From Camelus ferus (lineage: Eukaryota), in NCBI RefSeq assembly GCF_009834535.1, contig NC_045698.1:6140001-6204000 (forward strand): a stretch of DNA of 64,000 nucleotides, given 5' to 3'. Positions 51,542 through 64,000 of this stretch are shown piece after piece; position 1 is the first letter of the stretch, and each line of letters begins with the position of its first letter. A program made the translations under genes and the position numbers. The notes beneath the pieces are model-generated. The model was not told the origin of the DNA and made no database searches. It was given only the letters and a program-made list of their open reading frames with translations.

Positions 51542-52480
51542 AAAAACATGAAACAAGAAAAATTGAATAAAAATATTCAAGACCTGTACACTGAAGACTG
51601 TAAATCATTGCTGAGAGAATTTGAAGTCGGCCTATATAAATGAAAAGACACATTTTGTCACTGGATTGGAAAGCTCAACATTGTCCAAGTGTCTGTTCTT
51701 GAAGTGACCTGTGGATTCAAGGTGATTCCAAATCAAATTCTAGCAGGCTTCTAGGGGAATTTGACACACTATTTCTAAAATGTATGTAAGAAATGCATAT
51801 AAATTAGAATAGTCCAAATAATTTTCAAAAAGGACTACCAAACTGGCCCCTTACACTGCTTTGTTTCAGGACTTATGACAGAGCTAAAAGGCATTACATG
51901 GGGATTAGGAGCACATGTGGCTTCGTTTTAGCCATGAGGCTACAGGAATTGTGAATTTTTAAAATCATGATTCCTGAATTCACTATTCAGTCAGTGACAG
52001 ATTAAGGGTCATAGGAGGGCATCACTATAGTTGTGGCTCACCTCTGCCCCGGGTTATACCAAGAACAGTGGGGTGTGGGATCAGCACAGCCCCATTCAGA
52101 AGCCCTGAGAGCCTGGGACACTTGTGGGCTTCTAACAAATTAAACAGCCTTTAGCCTTATTTTGATCATCTCTTATACATGCCCTTTGGTGGTGGCGGGG
52201 GGCGGGGGTCGTCCTTTAAAATTTTTCTTAATTTTAAATAGTCTCCCTTTAAAATTGCAAAAGCATGTTTAATGCCTATAAAACCAAAGGAAACCATAAA
52301 GGAAGAAACTAAGATGTGAGCACTGAATAATGAGAAATGACTTAGTACTCTTTTTTTCAAGCCTTGAGCAGAGATACAGGAAAACCTGAGAGGGATGTTG
52401 AATGGATATTAAGAAACTGGTTTGGATTTATCTGCAGCGATAGAAGTCAACATACCAGAAGGGTACAGAGTAGGATGGGG

Positions 52481-53093
52481 TGTTGGAGCAGGCAGATAGC
52501 TAGATATGAGCGGAGAAAAGGGGACATGGGCAAATGGCAGAGAACCATACATCTTGGAAACAACAGGGGTCCTGGGACAGACCAAGAAAAACAGAATCCT
52601 CTGGACTAATAAAAAACCATACCTTCTGGGTTGATAAGTGTCCTGGAGGCAGAAGGGCGGGACAGGACAGGAATCCCCATCTGAATGTAACATTTCAATC
52701 ATTATGACCTCTGTCCAAATGTAACCTTCTGCTTATGGTATCTCACCATCCAGATGTAACCTTTTGTTCATTGTGACCTCATCCAACTTTCCGATCAAGA
52801 CTAAATAAGGATGAAAATTCCCTCCTTCCCACCTGGGAAGCTGGAGCCGGGACGAAGATCAGGAAAGACGACCTCAAACCCCTCCCCACCAATGAATACT
52901 CTGCCCGTTCATTTTCACACTCGTGTAACGAGCTTGCTAAGGAAGTCTGGGCAGCCCCCCACCTGGGTCTGCCGGCTCTTTCCTGGAGAGCGTACTACCT
53001 ACCCCTTAATAAATCCTTGCTTTGTTTTCTTAACCTCTGCATCTTTTCTCTGAATTCTTTCTGCGACAAGACAAGAATCTCTCGACCCCAACA
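52481..53093 (+). mobile_element. Solo ERV1-type LTR, 613 bp
   Basis: inverted termini tgttgg...ccaaca, 4 bp TSD gggg, CCAAT at 52889, AATAAA at 53008-53013. Confidence 0.88.
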
Positions 53094-54694
53094 GGGGCAC
53101 CTGGGGGCCTTCAGGGAGCTGGAAATGTTCTCTAGTCACATGACATGTACAGATGTAGAATCAATAAAAGAGCACAACAGAAAGTTTGGGGACATTCATC
53201 TTGCTAGATCTTGCTGGCTGAGAGAAAATACAAAGTTAAGTTTGAAACTATTTTATTGTCCTATAAGAGTCCTTCTTTTAAAGAAGTCTGAAACAAATTG
53301 GGGTCAGGAGAGGCAGCTTTGTTTTATCACACAGTTCAGTGGTCATGTGGGATCCAATTTAATGAGAAGAGAAATAAAATCACCCCCCATCCATGAAAGT
53401 CCCCCACCCCCAGGCCTGGAGCTAGGCTGAAAGGCATAGCGATGACCTGCCAACTTGACAAGCAGCATGCCCGCGAGCGGGCCGTGTTGGTCTTCATTTA
53501 TGACAGCTACACACTTCCCCACCGCAGAAGATGCCGCTTAACAGGGGCATCCCACATGCAGGTTGCATGTGCGGGCAGATTTTTAATTACCAGGATCGCT
53601 CTGGATCGTGGAACCACTCGGAGGCTAGTTCCCTCTCTAAGAATGGATACCCATCCATCTTCCACCTTTGACTGACGCTGCATTCAAAAGCATGTGCAAA
53701 GCAGCAGCAGCAAACCAGGACTGAAAGCTGAACTACTGAGGTTCCCTCCAGACAGGTGGGTTCATTTGTTCCCCTTACAAAGCAAGATAATAAAGGACTG
53801 ACTAATTGGGCAGATCTGAACATGACTGCAGATTGTAATGGCTGACTCAGGAACAGACAGACCACTTCGCTGGTGTGGTGTAGAGAATGGAAGTCCTGGC
53901 TGTGTCAGCCAAAGGTCCTACAAGGAAGCAGGGTAAAACACTCTGAGCGAGCCGTTTACAACCCATCAAGTAAGACAAGGAAGCCATACAGAGGAGGAAG
54001 CCACAGTGACCCAGCACAGTAGAAAGTTATTTCTTGCTCCTTTAAAGTACAATGGATGTGATCAGCTTCTTGCAGGCATTCAGGAGTCCATGCCATTGAA
54101 ATCTCCACCACGTGCAGCACATGAGTCCCTCGGTCACCTGCACTTGACAGCCTCCCAGCTGATAGGGAGAGAAAGACTAGATAGTCTGTCTGGAAGGCGT
54201 TAAGGGTCAGGGCTGGGAGAAGCAGAAATTCCATCGGCTCACATCCAATTTACTAGAAATCAGTGGTCCCATTCAGCTACAAAGGGGTCAGCAAAAATAG
54301 CTACGTTATGCAAGAGATGCAGGAGTCTTTGCTGACCAGAGAGCTGTCTCCTCCACAGGCCCCAGAGTACTGTTTGAGATAGACTATTGATAGAGTAAGG
54401 TACTTCCATGGATCCAAACCAGAAAATGCTTGCTCTGAACATCAAGATACTCAATAGAATTGGATTGAATTATTCAAAAATAACCTGCTAGAAAGATTTG
54501 TCTTTGGGATAAAATAATTTCCACTTTTAGGGAAAAGCAATAAGCAAAATTCAATAGGATGTGAACATATATGTGGAGAAAAGGAATGGAGGCCAAAATT
54601 TCCTAATTAGGGAGAGCTCTTAATTAGGATATGATTAACTAAGTTCCCTACTGAGGTTTGTGAGCAGAAATTTTAGAACACATATACCATTTAT

Positions 54695-55060
54695 TTTTAA
54701 ATAGCTGTCTTTTTGAAATGTGACATACAAAAATGGTACAAATGTGCACCTCAATGAATTTTCACAAGATGAACAATACAGGGAACCAGCACCCAGATCA
54801 AGATGAAGAATGTGGCCAGCACCCCTCAGACCCCGTTGTCTGCCTTACGCCAGTCACAGTGCCGAAGGCAGCTGGCTGCTGTCCGAGGTTCTGCTGTCTC
54901 ACAGCAGTTCTAGCTGATTTTGAACATTATATAAGAAGCATCAGATGGTATGTACACTTCAGTTTCTTTTTCTGAACACTGCGTTTGTGAGATTCACGCA
55001 TACTGCTGCATTTGGCAGTAGAGCACATGCGTTTTTTGTTGAATGATGTTCCACTGCTAC
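54695..55060 (-). mobile_element. L1ME 3' end
   Basis: ctcaatgaattttcacaagatgaaca...accagcacccagatcaag. Confidence 0.7.
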
Positions 55061-55229
55061 TTCTGAGGCTACCAGTTCCCAGCAGTTTGTGAACAGTCTC
55101 CTTTTTCTTTTACTCTAAACCTTTTCACTGAAATGTCCTCTCCAATTTCCACTCTCTCACACTCCACCTCAGCCTAGACCCCTCTGCTAATAATAACACT
55201 TGATTTTATTGAAGTATAGAGCCTTGAGA

Positions 55230-55570
55230 TGTGGAGACTAGTCAGTATAAGTTCCGTCTGCTGCATTCTCCAGCCTCTGCAGTTAGGTATGACCACATGA
55301 CTGGATTTAAGCCAAGGCCAGGTGTGTCTGAGTGATGTCTGAGATGTAAGACATGGCTCAGGGGAACCTTTCTTATTTGATCCTTTATGTTTATCACCAA
55401 GCATGGGGACCTTGAAAATCACTTGCTCAAGATGATGGAGTCACTCCTTGAAGGAGAGGCTTCTGTCAGTCAGGAATACTAGTTATAGGATTTATATGAG
55501 ATATTATGCTTGAGATATTATGTCTGTTTTTGTTTCTTTCAGCAGCTAGAACCACCTGCACTTATACACC
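55230..55570 (+). mobile_element. MLT1-type LTR fragment
   Basis: cagcctctgcagttaggtatgaccacatgact...ctcaagatgatggagtcac. Confidence 0.55.
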
Positions 55571-55910
55571 TGCTGCAGGTGCACACAGCCAGCTGTCCAT
55601 CGATGTCTCCCCTGCAGGTTTCATAAGCTCCTCAAGTCTGGCAGGGCCAGAATTGAATCTATTTATTCTTCTCCACCCCAAATCCATTCCGCTTTCTCCA
55701 TTCCATGTCCACAATCCACCACACACTTGGAAGTCAGCCTGGAACCACCACAACCCCAGAGCAATCCATCCCACCATCTTTATGGGTTCTTCCTCCCATG
55801 TATCTCTCATCTCCACCTCCTTCTCTCATTCCTCAGCATCATTGCCTAGTTTGAGTTCATGTCATCTCTCACCTGAACCTCCTTGTTATTCCTGCCTTCT
55901 GATTACTCTC

Positions 55911-56092
55911 TGTATAGATCAAGACTCTCCTGAGAAACAGAACAAACACGATATATAAATGTATAAGAGGAGATTATGAGAATTGGCTTACATGATTATG
56001 GAGGATGAGATATGCCAAAATATGCCACATGCAAGCTGGAGAACAAGGAAAACCAGTGTTGTAATTCAGTCTAAGGCCAAAGGTTTGAGGGG

Positions 56093-56147
<55 letters not shown>

Positions 56148-56447
56148 CAGGGCAGTGGGGGTGGGAGGAGTGCTGGTGCAAGTCCCAGAGTCTGAAGGCC
56201 TGAGGACCAGGAATTTTGATTCCAAGGTCAGGGTAAAACTGATGTCCCAGCTCAAGAGCAGAGGGACAGTTTGTCCTTCCTCCATATTTTTGTTCTATTT
56301 GGGTCCTTCAGGGGATTAGATGAGACCCACCCATGTTGGTGAGGGTGGATCTTCCTGAGACACCCTCACAGACACACCCACAACTGCTCTACCAGCTGTC
56401 TGGGCATCCCTTGGCTCTCAAGTTGACATATAAAATTAACCATCACA
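55911..56447 (-). mobile_element. MLT2 (ERVL) LTR containing a (TG)n microsatellite at 56095-56145
   Basis: ctcctgagaaacagaac...gaattggcttacatgattatggagg...caagttgacatataaaattaaccatcaca. Confidence 0.85.
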
Positions 56448-56479
56448 CTGTTTGTCAGAATATTTTTCCTATAATAAAA

Positions 56480-58185
56480 ACCATTAAAATCATTCCAAAC
56501 TTCAAAGTTCCTCAATGATCCTTAATTAAAAAAAAAAAAAAAAGCTAAATATATAAGGCCTTTTAGGATCTATGATAATCCTCCAGGCTCATCTGACAAT
56601 TTCCCCAGCCACTCCACTACGAATGCCCTCCATGCCTACGCAATGGCCCCATCCTGTGCTCACCTGTGCTAACGGACTTCCTCTGACATGTCAGGATGTG
56701 CATTGCCCGGAGACTTTCCTTAGCCCATACTCTCTGCCTGGAACACCAAGTATCATTTTGTGAATTTCTGGGGAATCTGTCTACTCAGAGCTGCCCATTG
56801 CCATGGTCTCCCTTCCCTAGAGGAGTATGCTAGGGTTATTCAAATCGTCTGTTTCCTATAGCAAAAGCAATTTCTCTCTCTCTCTCTATTCTCTTTTCCT
56901 TGCCATATCCACTTTCCCAAGACCTCTGATCCTCAGTCCCCTCCAGCTTCACCTCCCTTTGGATTCCTGTCCAAGCCATTTAAGCCACTCTTCCAAAGGC
57001 GAGGTTTCATCTTCCTTCATTAACAACTCATTTCACAGCAACCTGGCTTCCATGAGTCCTCCATGCTCAGATGTTTCCTTCAATTTCTTATCCCCACTGC
57101 TTCTCATCTCCTTTAGCCACGGCATCGAAGACTTTAATTCCATCCTGACCTCAATTCCCCCCACATTGTTTGAGCTTTCTCTGGATTTGTTTGGAACTCT
57201 CGCTAAAGCTTCACTTCCTTGGCTGGCCCCTCACTCAAAGGCTCTCTCACAAGCCCTGTTCCTGACTCTTCAGGCTTCTGGTTTATACTCTTTGCCTGGA
57301 ACTCCTCATGCAGTTCCCAGTGGTGTCTGATAGCTCCTGGGTGACAAGGATTGACCACAGCTCTCCTCTGGACTCCGGACCCATCTGAATTTCCACGGGT
57401 GCCTCAAACTGAGCACATCCCAGTGAACCCCACTTCCTCTACCTGCAAATGTCCTTCTCCACTTTCCACTCAGCCCTCAGGCAGTAAAGCTTAAGACTTC
57501 CTCAGTCTTTCTCCCTTCCCTCCTCCAAATTCCTCTACCTCCAGAATCTGTCTTGTGTCTTTCCACCTCCGTTCCTCACATAAGAGTTTCTGCCCTGATC
57601 ACCTCTCTCCCCGCTACTACTTTTGCTTCCCTTCAACTTCCAAACAGCTGCCAGAAACTTCTTTCTGAAATGAAATAATTGGAGACATTGTCATTCTGCC
57701 TAAAATGCCCTGGTGGCTCTTCATCGAGTGCAGAGTATCATATGGGGAATATTAAAGTGGCCTGGGGTCTCCAGCCTAATAGTATTACCGGTAAGTGAAC
57801 CCTGTCGTCAGCTGCTTTCTTGCTCTGCGCTCTCCACGTGTTCTACTCTGGATGCCTCACGATATTTCGCCATCATCTGAGCATACTGTGTGCCTCTTCA
57901 TATACCATTCTGTTTTGAAAAGCCTTTAAATAAAATCCTCTTAAATCTCAAGCTGCTTTTAGGCCCATCTCAGATACCTCCTGTGATGCCTTTTTATCCA
58001 TCATTTCTTTGTATAACTTAGCACTTAATTAACATCCTTCTTAGATTTTCTTACCATGACATACATGCCTATTTTTCCTTCTAGAATATGATCTCTTCAA
58101 AACTAAGGACACCAAGATAGTCACCATTATATCCCCGGACCTAGCAAAATGCCTAGAATCTGATAAATTTTTGATAAACATTTGG
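56480..58185 (+). mobile_element. L2 fragments
   Basis: CT-rich degenerate L2 text ending atccccggacctagcaaaatgcctag. Confidence 0.55.
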
Positions 58186-60439
58186 TTTATGTCCCTGTTA
58201 GGCATTTACATTTTATTTTGCGTTACATTTCCACGTTGGAATTGTGACACTACTAAAGCAAAGGCAGGGAAAGTGGTATGACGTCATTATTAACCTGGAA
58301 AAAATGTTCTTTTTTGCAAATTTATTAAAATTTGCATTGTTATTTTTTCGAGGGCCTCCTTTGTTCACAGATGCGTTAAGGGTAGTGTTCAGCACAGCAT
58401 GCCTAACTACTGTGAGCTCTGAGCTAATGGACTCTGAATGATATTTTAGAACGTGAAGTACTTTCTCTCCTGGAACAACATGATTGACATATTAATAGCA
58501 TACATACAGCATTTAATGTTGAGGTTTTGAGACAATTTAATCGCTTTAACTATCTAGTAACTTAAACTATAGAAAAGCAGTGGCATTGGTAACAGGAATC
58601 CTAAATATGATTTTGTGTACTTTAAATCCTAAGGTGTTATCTTCACCAAGATGGGGGAAATTCATGACACATATAATGATAACGAAGATTAAACAGTAGT
58701 GAAAAAAAAAAAGAAAAGAAAAAGAAAAAACACTGATGGTTAATTGTATCAGATTCATGAGAAAACCAGCTGGATACTCTCCATGACTAAAAGTCTAGAG
58801 ATAATGTAATATATATAGGAACAGTCAATAGTTGAGTGCATCTCAGGCTATCAACGAAAACATAAACTCTTAATCATAGGAGAAGTCAGAGGCAGTTTCT
58901 ATACCAATACAAGGAGAGCAAGGGAACAAAAATGGGTCACCAGACCTAAACCTGACAAGGTGTTCAAGGGAGGGTATGAACTTCCCTTTCCTGGAAACCG
59001 CCAGCACTTACTCTGTGTTGTGTACATACGAAACTGGAATTTAACAAGGGCTTGAACTAGAAATACCAAACAGTCAGCTCCTGGAGAACCAGCATTATAA
59101 AGAACAGAGCTTCATTACATCATCTTGTTTCTCCAACAAAAATATAACCCTTTGAAAAGAAAAAAAGACAAAAATGATCCATGCTGAGCTCTTCTACATA
59201 TTTTCTTTTGTCACCCTGCATATTTTTTTTTTTTTTTTGCCAGCTTCAATCTTTATGAAGTCATCTTTGCTTCCCAATCTGGTGCATGAGCATGGCTATC
59301 TACCAAGGTAAACACTGATGCTGTTGTTATGCTGTTGATTCTGTAACTTAGGAGGATATCCAGACGAACTATTTCTCCTTCCTGTGACCTGGTGCAGAAG
59401 GGCGTGTCCTGCCTGGAAAATCTATGAAATGAGCTGAGTATTGTATCTTTCATTGCTCTTCAAACAGTCCTTGATCCGTAACAGTCCTTTGCCGCTTCCT
59501 GAAGGAAAATCAGCCCTTCCAAATGTTCCCAGGCCACAGAGTTGCCTGTAGCAGAGCAACAGGCAGAAGGAAAGAACAGTTTCACACATTAGAAGGGGTA
59601 TATATTTCTTTACTTCCATTCATAAATATAATAGTTTTTATCTTAATAACTGAGTTTACTTGGGTAATTCATTTTCAAAGAGACTGCTTTAAGTCACGTT
59701 TTAGTTGACCTTGAGCATGTTTGTTTGTTTCCTTTTAAGACTGAAGAGTATTCTACATTATTTTCATTAAAGAGTTACTATGATTTTCTGTAACAAATGT
59801 TCACAATGGCTTCCTCCCATGAGCAGGTGGTTCAGCATCTTTATCATCCTACTGCCCTGCTTCCTTCCCCTCGGGCCACTGCTAAGGCTTCTTAGGGGAT
59901 TTCCTGACATTAGTTGGCTATGAAAATAAAGATTCAAGCCTGATTTACAAATGGATCTGCATAGCAAGAAAATCAACATGCTATAGTATTACCATCCCAC
60001 TTGGAAAGCTTTCTTTCCCAACTGTCCTTCAAGGTCACCTCTGAGTGTTGGGGCAGACCCCTTCTCCCTTTCAGCCTCTGCCCAGCGCAGCCGACCTAGA
60101 TGTCCGGCAGCTCTGAGACCTGGGCATCTTCAGTGTTCTCATGAAGCTGGGGCAGCAGCAGGGTCCTCCAGGGGCTTCAGATTCAGAGTCCATGGGTCAG
60201 CTGGAACTTCCCCACAGAGGAAGATGAAGGGGCAGACTTGTGTGTTTGTGAGGACACATAGGGCATCCGCTAAGAGCTTCCAGAAATAACTCGGGGGAAA
60301 GGACTGAGCTCCTTCCCTGGCAGTTCCCACTATGTCTTGGTGGAGGTGGTTTACACCATTTTTACAGCATGTTTCACTTTCTCCTAATTAAATACATTCA
60401 TTTTTTAGCATCCTTCACAATTCCAGAAGGATTTCACTC

Positions 60440-60880
60440 CAAAAACTGATAAAAATGTTTAAAGAAGATGATTCCCCTAGCACTGGTGAAGGTACCTGGA
60501 AACAAGGTGGAAATACATATCAGGATAACTTTTCCAAAGAACAATTTAAAGATCAAATCAAAAGCCTCAAATATGTGCCTAACTTTGACCCAGTAACTTC
60601 TTTTACAGGAAATGTCTTAAGACATCCTTGCAAAGATAGTCATCTCAGCCCTGTCTGTAATAATGACACTTGGAAATGACCTAAATTCCCACAAACAGAG
60701 ATTGTGCGATCTTGACACAGAAATTATGGAGTCACTTAACATGACGGAGAAGAACACCTAACAGCTTTTTGCATGAAACATATTCATGTGCAGTGGAGAG
60801 AAGAAAAACAGGTTAAAGAGTATTTAGCTCCATATTTGTAAAATAATATATATAGATGTATAAATACCTGAAATGCAAGC
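60440..60880 (+). mobile_element. L1ME 3' fragment
   Basis: tgtgcctaactttgacccagtaacttc...acttggaaatgacctaaattccc. Confidence 0.6.
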
Positions 60881-60884
60881 ATCT

Positions 60885-61900
60885 CACTGGAATAGACACG
60901 TTCTGGTGATGGACTTGCCTTGCCAGCATCACCATCTGTACACTCACAGGATCCTTATCTATCATCTTGTTATTCAGCACAACAATGCTTTTGATCAGGA
61001 ACTCACTTCACATCAGTAAGGGCAGCCTTGGGCTTATATCCATGGAATGAATGGTTGTTATCACATATCCCCTCACCTGGAAGCAGACGGCCTGAATGAA
61101 TGGTGGGATGGTTTACTGGGGACTCAGTTATAGCACCAGTTTGAACACAAGACCCTCAGAGAAGGTATTCGGTCTTACGGGTGCAGTTTATTCTTTGAAT
61201 CAGAGACGACTCTAGGGTGCTTTCTCCCCCGTAGCCAGAATGCCGAAGCCTGGGGATCAATGGTTGAAAGCTGGTATGTCTTTTCTCAATATTATTCTTA
61301 ACAGGCAATACACAAGTTTTGCTTTCTGTTCCAGACACATTGAACTTTACTGGTTTGAGGTCTTATTTCACAAAGGGTAGTGTTTGCATGAGGGGATTCA
61401 ACACTGGCTCACTGAACTGGAAGACGAGACTACCATCAGGACATTGTGGTCTTCTTATGTCATTAGGCCAACAGAGGGAAAGGGGCTATTCCACTGGCTA
61501 GAGTGATGGGTCCTCGTTACCACTGAGAAATGTCATCACCACACAGTGGCAGGCAGAGAAGACCCTCTCTGGAGCCCCTAGGAATTCTCGGGGCTAACGC
61601 TCAGTGCACTCCTGCCCAATGGTAAAAGTTAATGAAAGACTACAGTAATCAAAACAGTAGAACTCTTGAGTATTAGTGCTTTACAGGAAAGAACATTTGA
61701 GCTACTCTGATAGATACGGAACCCTGAGCAGCTTAGGTTATGGCTGAGGGCAAGAGAAATGTGGAATGTTAGTGGAAGGAAAAGCTAGAGACAACGACAG
61801 TCTTGCAACCAAATTTTAAAATAGGAGTTATGTATTTGCCTGTTTTTTCATATGTGACATACATTTATGCTATTTGTAGGTATTAAATATTTTGTTTTTC
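60885..61900 (+). pseudogene. ERV-L internal remnant: integrase and dUTPase
   Basis: Decayed DQGTHF / W..IHGMNG.YHI.PH.EA.GL integrase-like text at about 60990-61120; LNWKTRLPSGHCGLLM (ORF 61319-61501) resembles ERV-L dUTPase, which lies 3' of integrase in ERV-L. Confidence 0.75.
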
Positions 61901-62229
61901 TCTCTTCTTTCCATAGTTATTTGATGGAAAAGTTATTGGTGGTAATTCACAATAAATCTTTAGTTGTTGTTTTGGGAGAGAAAAGAGTGGGCACAAACAC
62001 GTCCTCTTCAACAAGTTTTGAGTCTCAGCCTTGGGGTTTGGGTAGACAGACTCTTCCAAGTAAACTCTTTCTTTAGGTGTTTCCCTCAGCCCTGGAGTTA
62101 GTGGTTGCTGTTTATATCTCTTATTCTCGTATTCCTAAAAATTCTCTTTACTCCTCTTAGTAGTGAGTGCAATTTGAATATTCCTTTTTGGGATGGATGC
62201 AAAAGCATGGCATGTGTGAAGATAAAGAG

Positions 62230-63305
62230 GCATAAAAGCAGTAAGAGTTATTTTGGCAAAAGTGTCAGAGTAGGGACTGTTAAACATCTGCCTGTCATAA
62301 AAGCAATGAAAAAAAAACTGGTAAAATTGTCAGAATCAACTTTTTCAGATCTCTGAAAATTAACTAGTAGCTTGCAGCAACCTGGTGAGCATTTAGTCAA
62401 GGAAAAAAAAGTGAAATCTCAGTGAGGACAGGGAGCTTTGTGGCATTTCAACTTAGCTAGTCCCATTCCCTGCTGCCCAGCTCCACAGTGGCCTTGGAAG
62501 GTAACAGCCCCACCTCCCAGGACCAGAGGTTAGCAGAGCAGGACTGAAAATCTTTCAGAGCCTCACTCCCAAATATGCACTATTATCTGATTTGACTGGT
62601 ATTTCCTTGGAAGAACAAGAGGCTCCAGGCAATTAAGGAAATCTCTTTACAATCTTTAGCTGATCACTAAGCTAATGAAGTAGAGGCTTCAAAGATATAG
62701 ACTTGGCAGAAATAGATTTTAAAAAATCACTAAACAAACAAACAACTACTATAACAAACAGCAAGCAACCAAAATGAAACAAACCTTGGAGTTGGGTGAA
62801 ACACTGATTTCTGGAGCTGCCAAATTATTTTAAATGTCCTATTTTGAACAAAGAAAAATGACAAAAGGAAATGGGAAAGTATCACCCATACACAAGAAAA
62901 GTGGCAATCAATAGAAATCATCCCCTGGAAAACCCAGATATTGGACTTACTTAACAAATACTTTAAATCAGCTATTACCCTTTTTTTTTTAAAAACTAAG
63001 GAAATAATGCCTAAAGAAATAAAGATGAGAATGTATATCACTAAATACAGAGCATTAATAAACAGGTGAAAATTCTGAAAACAGAAACAAATGGAAATTC
63101 TCACGTTGAAATTCAACAATAACTGAAATTTAAAAACTCCCTAGAAGGGCTGAGCAGAAGATTTGAGCAGGCAGGAAAAGAATCAGCACACTTGAAGATG
63201 GGTCAGTTGAGAACAGAAAGGGAAAAAAAGAATGAAGAGAATTCAACAGAACCTTAGAAACCTGAGGGAAACCATCAACATACGTGTGATGGGAGTTACA
63301 GAAGT
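62230..63305 (+). mobile_element. L1M 5' region and ORF1 start
   Basis: cagatattggacttacttaacaaatactttaaatcagct...agcagaagatttgagcaggcaggaaaagaatcagc. Confidence 0.75.
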
Positions 63306-64000
63306 TCACCCAAGTCACTGAACACCTTCATTCCTCTCTTTCTCGTGCCTGGACATCAGTCTGTTAAATTACATATAAAATCAGTTACATGTGCATTTTG
63401 TCTCTCAACACGTGGGATGACATAAAAAGTCACATTTCTTTATTTTGTTTAAGTTAAATCTGCTCTGTCTGTCACCTGCATGGTTATTGGGAAGTTCAAC
63501 TTCGGTCACTATTAGTGTTCTTTGCCCACTGCTCCGTCCCTGCACAGGTTATACAGAATCCCTAGTTTGTGATACCACAAAGCCAGTCTTGCTGACAGGT
63601 ACGAATTCTGTGATGGCTTCTTGTAGACAGGAACACAGATGGAGTCTGTGTGTTCTGTTAGTATCAAGGGCTTCATCCCTCTTCTTCAAGCATGGGCTTT
63701 GATTGTAGCCCAAGTGTTCAGCACCTGAGTATGAGAACCCCATCAAAGCACATGTCACCTCAGTCCATCCCAGGACTCTAGAATCTACACCTAGCTCTTG
63801 TCCCATCTGGAATCAGGACCACTTCTGCTGCCCCAATTCTAGCACTCATCTTAATTCTAGAAAGACATGGGATTATGGGCTTTAAATGGGCAGAAGCACA
63901 GGAAGCCTTCTCCCCTACTGCCCAATCCCCCAGTCTCAGACCATTATAACCCAAATAGGAGTCTTGAAACTGTCAGGTAAAAGTCAGGGTCGGTGCTGCT

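Larger units (their letters stand above)
48820..51900 (+). mobile_element. Old L1ME ORF2 region (host of MLT1A and a young L1)
   Basis: degenerate ORF2 text, e.g. ttcagagatgacatag (FADDMI-like) at about 50680 and ctggattggaaagctcaacattg. Confidence 0.7.

Noticed and set aside
52677..52786. Regularly spaced ~34-bp repeats as a CRISPR-like array
   Set aside because: Imperfect tandem units without unique spacers, inside a retroviral LTR in mammalian DNA
53466..53576. Short inverted repeats (gcccgc-ga-gcgggc; cacatgca-ggt-tgcatgtg) and a p53-like half-site
   Set aside because: Stems of 6-8 bp are expected by chance in 64 kb; no full p53 site
55506..57330. 150-aa and 167-aa Ser/Leu/Pro-rich ORFs
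   Set aside because: They lie in CT-rich L2/MLT remnants, which are naturally poor in stop codons
59253..59453. Minus-strand ORF as a possible terminal coding exon
   Set aside because: No recognisable homology and no supporting upstream exons found
59310..59560. SCDLVQ...RKISPSKC resemblance to type I interferon
   Set aside because: Cys spacing is about 48 aa rather than about 28, there are several stops, and no other IFN motifs

Overview
This is mammalian genomic DNA dominated by interspersed repeats. The youngest L1 3' UTRs resemble camelid (Vicugna/Camelus) L1s as I recall them, and I saw no Alu, B1, Bov-tA or PRE-1 SINEs, so the species call is inference. I could not identify any intact protein-coding gene, tRNA, rRNA or CRISPR array. 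The supplied ORFs are chance ORFs or decayed L1/ERV frames. Repeats include old L1M fragments, younger 5'-truncated L1s with target-site duplications (TSDs), L2, MIR, MaLR/ERVL/ERV1 LTRs and hAT fossils. The best-supported notable structures are: (1) a three-level L1 nest at about 27.9-31.2 kb, containing an internally double-deleted L1 and an L1 carrying a ~190 bp 3' transduction; (2) an ERV relic at 13.25-14.2 kb with a gamma-type env TM signature (immunosuppressive domain plus frameshifted CX6CC) beside an ERVL-like LTR; (3) a clean 613 bp solo LTR with a 4 bp TSD; (4) a triple-CRE promoter-like element with a splice donor beside a small CpG-rich patch at 22.6-23.2 kb; (5) a near-perfect RFX X-box at 4141; and (6) chains of exon-like segments on both strands that may be lncRNA(s) or a decayed gene. 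I found no evidence of a wholly new biological system. Repeat family names come from recalled consensus sequences, and boundaries are approximate unless a TSD is cited.
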